In this document: piece after piece, positions 57,731 through 64,000 of the stretch
Numbering within the stretch: the first letter of the stretch is position 1
Layout: the number at the start of each line of letters is the position of its first letter
NCBI RefSeq assembly: GCF_947503375.1
Contig: NZ_CANNDQ010000002.1
Coordinates: forward strand, 271,182-335,181
Origin: an uncultured Psychroserpens sp.
Lineage (GTDB): Bacteria; Bacteroidota; Bacteroidia; Flavobacteriales; Flavobacteriaceae
Reading direction: 5' to 3'
DNA: 64,000 nucleotides
The notes under the pieces: generated by a model
Told to the model about the DNA's origin: nothing
The model's input: the letters and a program-made list of their open reading frames with translations, nothing else
Databases searched by the model: none
Position numbers and translations under genes: made by a program

Positions 57731-59556
57731 TCATTACAATCAATAAAGGTCACTTGGATGTCATCCTCAGCAACACTATCACAGCTATTGTTATATAGAA
57801 TTACTGAATATGTACCAGATTCTGTTGCGTCATAAGCAGATTCAGACGATACAAAAACACCATTATAATACCATTCGTAAGTATCTGCAAATGGTGACTC
57901 CGCTTCAAGGGTAACTAAATTGGTATCTGAATCACATATATTCAAATCTGGACCTAGATCAACTTCTACGTCTCCTGTGATGCTTCCAGCACCAACTTCG
58001 GAGAGATTAGTTTGAGAGATCGAGATGGTTCCTATATCATTAGAAAAATTAGTAACTAAAATAATATATATTTCGCCAGATAAGGCATTTTCAATAGTAA
58101 GGTTCTCTACTGAATTAGCAGAATAACTACAATCTACAATATTCCCATAAGGATAAAAATTAGGGTTGTTCGTATTATTAACACATTGGTTTGCAGTTGG
58201 GCAGCCTAAATCTAATACTGAACATGCGTTATCAAGAGAGGCAAATGGTCCCCAAGCCACAAAATCAACATCTAAGCCATTACCACTACTGCTGGTTTGT
58301 ACAATTTCTATTTCAATAGGTCCAGATTCACCAATTTGAATAATATTCCATGTTTGGTTTGGTGTAGAAAACAAACATGCAATATCATCTGTACCAGGAA
58401 GACCTACAGTATTAGGTGTGGTTAATGTACCATTACTAGTACAAAATGCAATCGCTTCTTCACAGACTACATTAGAAGGTGCATCTCTCAAGCAGACATC
58501 AAAAGAAGACGTTTCTTCGTCACTACCTTCTGAAAATACTCTAATAAAATACGTGCTACCTATATTAAGTTGGCTAGCAACAGATGTTGGATTTGTAGAG
58601 CAATACAACTCAACAAGATTATCACATGTACCACTGTATACAGCATGATCTAAATTAAATGTTCCAGCAGTTACATTTTGTATATTAACCAACTGACTTT
58701 CTGTTATAGCAGTAAATTGAAACCATACATCATCATCAACATCGCCCTGACAGTTTGGAGTTTGAACATTAGATCCTGTAGCTCCAAAAATTGTGCCTGA
58801 AGCAATTAAATTACACGTATCATCAGCTGTATCTTCGACAAGAACTGTAGCCGAACAAGCCTCATCATTTTCTGGAGGACATGTTGATAGTTCAATTGGA
58901 GCACTATTTATGCTGCAATTTATATCTTGATCATTTTGTACACTTACTGTAATTTCATTTAAAAATGGAAATGGGCCTATTTGATATATCCCTATAGCTG
59001 TTGCATTTATTGTAGTTGCATCAAAGCTATTAAATATGGTAATTGAGCTAGCATCACCAAGACTTGTAACGTCAACATTAATAAAAAATTGATTCCCATT
59101 TGCACAATCCTCTTCAACTATAAAATTAGCATCTGGATTAGAACAAGTTAAACACACAACACTATAATTAATTCCTGCTGCACAACAACCATTACCATTA
59201 AAACAACTTACTGAACCATCAGAATCAACCGCAAAACTTATAGAATCTCCAGATGAAATATAACTCAATCCAGAGATATTACCATTAGCACCATAAGGTG
59301 TAGCTTGATTTAAATCTGTAACACCATCTGTATCTAAAATAATAAGTTGGTCATAGGAAAATTCTACTGCTCCTGAATCTATAGTTAGTTTTAAAGGGCT
59401 TCCGTCTGAACTTGTGTATGTAACAACCGTATTGTCATTATTACCATAACAATAAGATACGTCTAGTGGTCCATTTGCACAATCTAGAGTGGTTTGTGCT
59501 TCTATTTGTGTGATTCCAACTATTAAAAAAAGGAAAGTGAGTAATGTATGTTTCAT
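56350..59556 (-). CDS. large T9SS type-A sorted cell-surface protein (paralog A)
   Basis: The signal peptide starts at the Met at 59556 (MKHTLLTFLFLIVGITQIEAQ). It has a Cys-framed CUB-like module and a C-terminal ~460-aa block shared with the next gene. It ends in a T9SS CTD (FEIYPNPVSDILNV ... GLYFVELIT ... KLVIE). Confidence 0.85.
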   Translation of the reverse strand: MKHTLLTFLFLIVGITQIEAQTTLDCANGPLDVSYCYGNNDNTVVTYTSSDGSPLKLTIDSGAVEFSYDQLIILDTDGVTDLNQATPYGANGNISGLSYISSGDSISFAVDSDGSVSCFNGNGCCAAGINYSVVCLTCSNPDANFIVEEDCANGNQFFINVDVTSLGDASSITIFNSFDATTINATAIGIYQIGPFPFLNEITVSVQNDQDINCSINSAPIELSTCPPENDEACSATVLVEDTADDTCNLIASGTIFGATGSNVQTPNCQGDVDDDVWFQFTAITESQLVNIQNVTAGTFNLDHAVYSGTCDNLVELYCSTNPTSVASQLNIGSTYFIRVFSEGSDEETSSFDVCLRDAPSNVVCEEAIAFCTSNGTLTTPNTVGLPGTDDIACLFSTPNQTWNIIQIGESGPIEIEIVQTSSSGNGLDVDFVAWGPFASLDNACSVLDLGCPTANQCVNNTNNPNFYPYGNIVDCSYSANSVENLTIENALSGEIYIILVTNFSNDIGTISISQTNLSEVGAGSITGDVEVDLGPDLNICDSDTNLVTLEAESPFADTYEWYYNGVFVSSESAYDATESGTYSVILYNNSCDSVAEDDIQVTFIDCNEVGLINVRAFYDTNQNGVFDTGEQSFNNGYFTYELNDDAVINTVSSSTGSFTLASSEDTDTYDINYYFYDDYEDCYDVTTAVFEDVGIIIGENVDIEFPIVDQQSCEDIAVYIISDQSPQPGFVHNNYLVIENLGLITTSGSLDFTVDSNLTVNSISTNANYTTTLNANGFSLDFVNIPPGETLTALISFTASIDLNLGDLVTNTAEYITITNDLVAENNISSLTQEVIGSFDPNDKLESHGRAVQYDNFINSDEYLYYTIRFQNIGTAAASFVRIEDVLDVQLDETTFVMLRSSHDYVSTRTNSSVEWFFEDINLPAEQDDAEGSIGYVYFKVKPKPGYAIGDIIPNNAAIFFDFNAPIITNTFQTEFVEDNLSVEAFETSSFEIYPNPVSDILNVKLNNVLPNSVVINIYDIQGKLIHNIYNLQNKETIIDVSQFQSGLYFVELITPHQQSIKKLVIE

Positions 59557-59649
59557 ATTGATGGTTAGGTTTAGAAACAAATGTAAGAAAAATTTTATGG
59601 AATATTCTGACTGCAAGTAATGTACAATTGGCTACAGTTGATTAATACA

Positions 59650-59680
59650 AAAAAAGCCTCAGAGATGATCTGAGGCTTTA
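59650..59680 (-). terminator. rho-independent terminator after T9SS paralog B
   Basis: Stem AAGCCTCAGA (59654-59663) / TCTGAGGCTT (59669-59678). On the minus strand it is followed by a U-tract (A-run at 59649-59653). Confidence 0.8.
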
Positions 59681-59698
59681 AAAGATTTTAATCTTTCT

Positions 59699-61080
59699 TT
59701 ATTCAATAATCAATTTTTTAATCCATTCTTTGTGACCTGTATTAAGCTTTACAAAGTACATCCCACTTTGAAAATTTGAAATATTTAGATCCGTTTGTAT
59801 TTCAGATAAAGAACGACTTAAAATGAGTTTACCTTGTATATCATAAATACCAAGAGAGACATCTATATTTTGAGTTCCTTCATTTAATTTAACAGTAATT
59901 ACATCGTTAGCTGGATTTGGATAGATTTCAAAATTGGTAATTTCAAACTCTGAAACAGATAAAGCATCTTCGATAAATTCACTATCAAATCTATTGGTGA
60001 TCACAGGAGCGTTAAAATCAAAATAGATAGCTGCAGTATTGGATATAATATCTCCAACTGAATAACCTACTTTTGGTTTAACTCTAAAATATACAAACCC
60101 TTGACTTCCCAATTCGTCATCTTGTTCTGCTGGTAAATTTATATTATCAAAAAACCACTCTAAATTGTTTTCGGATCTGGTTACTACATAATCATGACTC
60201 GAACGGAGCATTTGAAATGTAGTCTCATCCAAGAGATCACTCAATACATCATCAATTCTAATGAAAATGGCTTCAGCTGTTCCTAGATTTTGAAAACGAA
60301 TGGTATAATATAGATACTCGTCTGATATTGCAAAATCATCATAGACAATTTTTGGACCATGAGCTTCCATTTTATCATTTGGATCCCAAGACCCTACAAC
60401 CAATTCAGATAAAGTAGAATAGTTATTTCCAACAACCAAATCTGTACTGTCTGTAAGATAATCTGCCGTATTAGTCACAATTTCTCCAAGGGCAACCGAA
60501 GCTGGACAAGTCAATGAAATACTGATATACTCAACATCTCCTGGCTGTAGATTTACAAAATCTACTGTAAATCCTGTTGTAGTAGTTGTAATCGTGTAAT
60601 TTGGATTTACCGAAAAAACATTATTATAAATCAATAATGGATCAAAGGTAAATTCAACTGTGCCAGACGAAATGGTAGTAAATCCTAAGTTTTCTAAGAC
60701 GAGATGATTCGTGTGAGTAAATCCAGGTCTTGGTGGTGCCGAATAATTAATTAAATAGACAGCTAAATCTTCACAACTTTGTTCTTCAACAATTGGGAAA
60801 TCTACATTAATTGAGCTACCTGCTGCTACACTTACATTATCAAAAACACTAATTACAGTATCATAACATGCAGCAGACTCCTCATAGAGGTTAAAGGTAA
60901 TGTTATAGACATCTGTCTCATTGGCACTTAAAATTTGAAAGTTCCCTGTAGAAGAATTCACCGTATTTACATTACCATTAACTTCATAAGTAAAATAACC
61001 GTTTGAAAAGTTAACTTCATTTGCATCAAAACTATTATTGGCATTAGCATCAACAAAAGCATTCACATTTATAATACCTA
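59699..61080 (-). repeat. about 1.4-kb paralogous 3' coding block shared with 56350-57730
   Basis: See the partner entry. The nucleotide 3' ends also start alike (TTATTCAATAA-N-AATTTTTTAAT). Confidence 0.75.
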
Positions 61081-63808
61081 CAGATGAAGAACAGAAGACA
61101 TCAAAATCAAACTCTGCTGTACAACATGAATTTCCATTGGCACAACTTACAGAACCATCTGTACTGTAACGCACAGTAATCGTACTTCCTGAAGATGTGT
61201 AATTTAACCCCGTAAAATCACCATCATTACCATATGGTAAATTAGGGTTTAAAATTGATCCATCAGAATCAATAATAGATACTTCATCAAAATCTACTTC
61301 TGTACTACCAGCATTAAAGAAAATAGTTAGAGGAGAACCATCTGAACTTTGGAACCCAAACTCGGTATCGTCATTATTTTCATAACAATAAGTTGTGTTT
61401 ACTACGCCATTTTCACATGTTACTATTTGGTTTGGATTGGCTCGTGTGGTAAAACTTTCTTCATTACAATCAAATGCATCACCATTGTCATTGTATGGCG
61501 TTATAGTTGCATAATAGGTAATTGAAAAATCTAGTGTACCTAGATCATAAGTCAGTACATCACCTACATCTAAATGATCTAGTACTTCAGTTCCTCCTGG
61601 TGTAATCCCTAAAGAAATTTTATAACCATTAACGATAACAGTAGCTGGACTCCATGATAGATCGGTATTTTCATCTACATCTTGATCTAAATTTAAAGGT
61701 GAAGTCAATATAGCATCACAATTAGGCACTGCAGAAGTATCTACACAACTCACATCATAATCAATAGGTGTATAGTTTTGGTCTGCACAACTATAAATAT
61801 CGTCTGAGTCAATATAAACAGTAATTCTATTTCCTGTAGAAACAAACGACAAACCAGTTAAATCCCCATTATTACCATAGCTTGTGTTTTCAGGATTTAA
61901 ATTTGTGATCCCATCTGAGTCGATAACATACAATTCGTCCCAGTCTACTTCAACTTGCCCTGCATTAAAAAAGACTTGTAGTTGTGAACCGTCTACACTT
62001 TCATATGTATATTGCGTAGCATCATTTAACTCATAACAGTATGTTGTATTTACTGGCTCAGCGTCGCAATTTATTTCTATTGGACATGAGCCACTTATTA
62101 AATTAAAATCTTCTATTACCACACAATTTCCATTAGGTGTTAAAACTCTAACATATATAGTTTCTGTAACGTTTATTGATGTATAGGCATTTTCATTAGT
62201 AATTATATTAGCACCAGAAAATGCATCATTATAAGAATTGTGAAATGTAATCTCAAACAGTGCTGCATCTACTCCATTTAAAAGTTCAGGAATTACAGAT
62301 GTTAAGTCAAAAACTGGATCTGGACCACAGTTTGTAATATCTGAAGGAGTTACAGTTACTGGTGTTTCTCCTTCATTAACATCTACACTGGCATTAGCCA
62401 TACATCCAGTTACTAGATCGGTTATAGATACTGTGTAAGTTCCGCCTTCAAAAACTACAATTTCGGGATCTATAGCACCTGTATTCCATAGAAAAGAGTA
62501 TTGTTGTGAACCGCCATTAATAAAAGGCGTTAAAACAATTTCAGTACCAGAACAAACAGTATATGGACCATTGAAATTTATTTGAGGATTAAGACTTAGA
62601 TTAAAAAATATCTCAACAATAGCAAAATCGGTTGATTGATTATCGTCTACTCTAACAATAACTTCAACAGAATTTCCACTCACTAAATAAGCTGTTGGAT
62701 CTAAAATTGAATTGATTTCATTTTGTGCATCAATTTCTGATTCATAGTATGTGAATGTATAATCCAATACATTTTGACCGTTGACTATATTTGTTTCTTG
62801 GGATGTCAAGTCGAATATTTGTGTGTCATTCGGGTTGTCTGTACACAGATCTACTATAACAGAAGAGGCAGGAACACAATCTAAATTCACCACCAAATCA
62901 AGCTCTGTTAATTGATAACATTCACCACTTACATTAGATACTCTTACATAAATTGTTTGCATGGATTGAATAATATTGGTATAGTTGTTTGGTAAAGCAT
63001 TGGTGAAATTTTGTGCATCTTCTATCGTTTCATGAAACGAAACAAAAAATAAATTGGGATTATTTGTGCCTAAAATTTCAGAGACTTTACTACCAAGGTT
63101 AAATGTAAAAAAACCATCATCGTCAGTATCACATTCTATTAGAGGTGCTGGTGCTGTAATATCTGCCTGATTATCTACATTTAAAAACAGTGCTGTATTT
63201 TGATTGACATAAAAACAACCTGTATTACTATCAGTTATTCTTGGATATAGTGTTTGCGAATAAGCAGTTATATTAGTATATGCAGATGGAGTTGCTATGG
63301 GATTGACATTATTAAGAGCATCTTGATAACTTTCATAATAAGCAATTGTAAATGATGGGTTACCTTGAGTAAATTCAAAATCAAAAAGCGTTAGATCAAA
63401 AGTTGAAATACCATCTATTTCACCTTCATCACATACAATAACATCTTGAGAGAACACTTGCAATGCAAACTCTAATACAACTAGATCAAATGTAGTAAGC
63501 TCTAGATTTCCAGTTGAAACTTCTAGTACACTAACATAAATAGTTTGCGGATTAGATGTGTTGAAATAAGGATTTGGCAACGGATTAATTGTTTGATCTG
63601 CATCACTTTGAGTGAGATGATAAGTAATACTATACGCACTAGGGTTTAGACCATTCAGTATTTCATTGTTCTTGCTCGTGAGATCAAACGCTACTGTCCC
63701 ATTACCTTCTGTATCACAAAGTTGATAATCTGAAGGTTGTGCAATTGTTTGAGAAAATGTGATAAAAGAAATTAATAAGAAAAGCGGAAAAAGTAATTTT
63801 AATTTCAT
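59699..63808 (-). CDS. very large T9SS type-A sorted cell-surface protein (paralog B)
   Basis: Signal peptide. Five ~90-aa N-terminal repeats, an Ig-like segment, two CUB-like modules and an Fn3-like module (DLSWSPATVIVNGYKISL). A shared C-terminal block and T9SS CTD (FEIYPNPANDVITV ... GMYFVKLNT ... KLIIE). Confidence 0.85.
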   Translation of the reverse strand: MKLKLLFPLFLLISFITFSQTIAQPSDYQLCDTEGNGTVAFDLTSKNNEILNGLNPSAYSITYHLTQSDADQTINPLPNPYFNTSNPQTIYVSVLEVSTGNLELTTFDLVVLEFALQVFSQDVIVCDEGEIDGISTFDLTLFDFEFTQGNPSFTIAYYESYQDALNNVNPIATPSAYTNITAYSQTLYPRITDSNTGCFYVNQNTALFLNVDNQADITAPAPLIECDTDDDGFFTFNLGSKVSEILGTNNPNLFFVSFHETIEDAQNFTNALPNNYTNIIQSMQTIYVRVSNVSGECYQLTELDLVVNLDCVPASSVIVDLCTDNPNDTQIFDLTSQETNIVNGQNVLDYTFTYYESEIDAQNEINSILDPTAYLVSGNSVEVIVRVDDNQSTDFAIVEIFFNLSLNPQINFNGPYTVCSGTEIVLTPFINGGSQQYSFLWNTGAIDPEIVVFEGGTYTVSITDLVTGCMANASVDVNEGETPVTVTPSDITNCGPDPVFDLTSVIPELLNGVDAALFEITFHNSYNDAFSGANIITNENAYTSINVTETIYVRVLTPNGNCVVIEDFNLISGSCPIEINCDAEPVNTTYCYELNDATQYTYESVDGSQLQVFFNAGQVEVDWDELYVIDSDGITNLNPENTSYGNNGDLTGLSFVSTGNRITVYIDSDDIYSCADQNYTPIDYDVSCVDTSAVPNCDAILTSPLNLDQDVDENTDLSWSPATVIVNGYKISLGITPGGTEVLDHLDVGDVLTYDLGTLDFSITYYATITPYNDNGDAFDCNEESFTTRANPNQIVTCENGVVNTTYCYENNDDTEFGFQSSDGSPLTIFFNAGSTEVDFDEVSIIDSDGSILNPNLPYGNDGDFTGLNYTSSGSTITVRYSTDGSVSCANGNSCCTAEFDFDVFCSSSVGIINVNAFVDANANNSFDANEVNFSNGYFTYEVNGNVNTVNSSTGNFQILSANETDVYNITFNLYEESAACYDTVISVFDNVSVAAGSSINVDFPIVEEQSCEDLAVYLINYSAPPRPGFTHTNHLVLENLGFTTISSGTVEFTFDPLLIYNNVFSVNPNYTITTTTTGFTVDFVNLQPGDVEYISISLTCPASVALGEIVTNTADYLTDSTDLVVGNNYSTLSELVVGSWDPNDKMEAHGPKIVYDDFAISDEYLYYTIRFQNLGTAEAIFIRIDDVLSDLLDETTFQMLRSSHDYVVTRSENNLEWFFDNINLPAEQDDELGSQGFVYFRVKPKVGYSVGDIISNTAAIYFDFNAPVITNRFDSEFIEDALSVSEFEITNFEIYPNPANDVITVKLNEGTQNIDVSLGIYDIQGKLILSRSLSEIQTDLNISNFQSGMYFVKLNTGHKEWIKKLIIE

Positions 63809-64000
63809 TTGGTTAGTTTTAAAGTGTGGTTATAAGAGTTGTAAGCTATTCTGCAATCAATATCAATTATATAACATGCAAAGTAGAATTATTCCTACCT
63901 GAATTTTTTAAACCACCATGAAAATAATACCTTCTTTTTGACAGATAAAAGCTTAAATTTGTTGCATCAAAGTAAGCCATTAAATGACTCATAAAGTAAT

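Noticed and set aside
1-64000. Search by eye for CRISPR arrays, tRNA/rRNA genes, IS elements, integrases or phage/defence gene signatures
   Set aside because: None were recognised. There are no regularly spaced direct repeats, no GC-rich structured RNA-like islands, and no transposase, recombinase or nuclease motifs. The tandem T9SS paralogs are not flanked by mobile-element features.

Overview
AT-rich chromosomal segment (roughly one-third G+C by eye) that looks like a Flavobacteriaceae-type Bacteroidota genome. Supporting this: fused ccoNO, T9SS type-A C-terminal sorting domains, a GldI-like lipoprotein, TAnnTTTG -7 promoter boxes, and many ATGA/TAATG gene junctions. I support about 56 protein-coding genes. 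I found no rRNA, tRNA, CRISPR array, transposase or integrase.

Gene content, left to right:
- 0.7-3.4 kb: a ChlI-like AAA+ ATPase and vWA pair.
- 3.5-6.7 kb: a large Asp-box (VPS10-like) exoprotein.
- 6.7-17.5 kb: a Crp/Fnr regulator followed by a complete cbb3 oxidase and assembly cluster (ccoI-hemN, then ccoS-ccoNO-ccoQ-ccoP-ccoG-fixH-DsbD_2-like).
- 17.6-24.8 kb: a stress/metabolic block with two tandem-USP proteins, a PNPOx-like protein, a GCS2-ligase::CBS fusion with an AstE/AspA-like deacylase, a stand-alone CBS protein and a CoA-transferase.
- 25-31 kb: Cu/Zn SodC and two ECF sigma / RskA-type anti-sigma modules flanking thioredoxin-like and fasciclin genes.
- 31-37 kb: a TonB plus TonB-dependent receptor / TPR / two DUF4331-like cluster.
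- 40.5-44.8 kb: an 8-gene LytS-type kinase / LytTR operon with four copies of a 2TM module.
- 45-55 kb: housekeeping genes (ndk, nrnA, PPIases, pepD, amidohydrolases).
- 56-64 kb: two large tandem paralogous T9SS surface proteins.

The strongest non-obvious signal is a 14-bp Crp/Fnr-type palindrome (ATGAY-N4-RTCAT). It recurs in six intergenic regions between 7.4 and 25 kb, always exactly 29.5 bp from a -7 promoter box. This ties the cbb3 genes and the uncharacterised stress/ligase genes into one putative low-oxygen regulon. All functional calls rest on motif recognition by eye; no database search was run.
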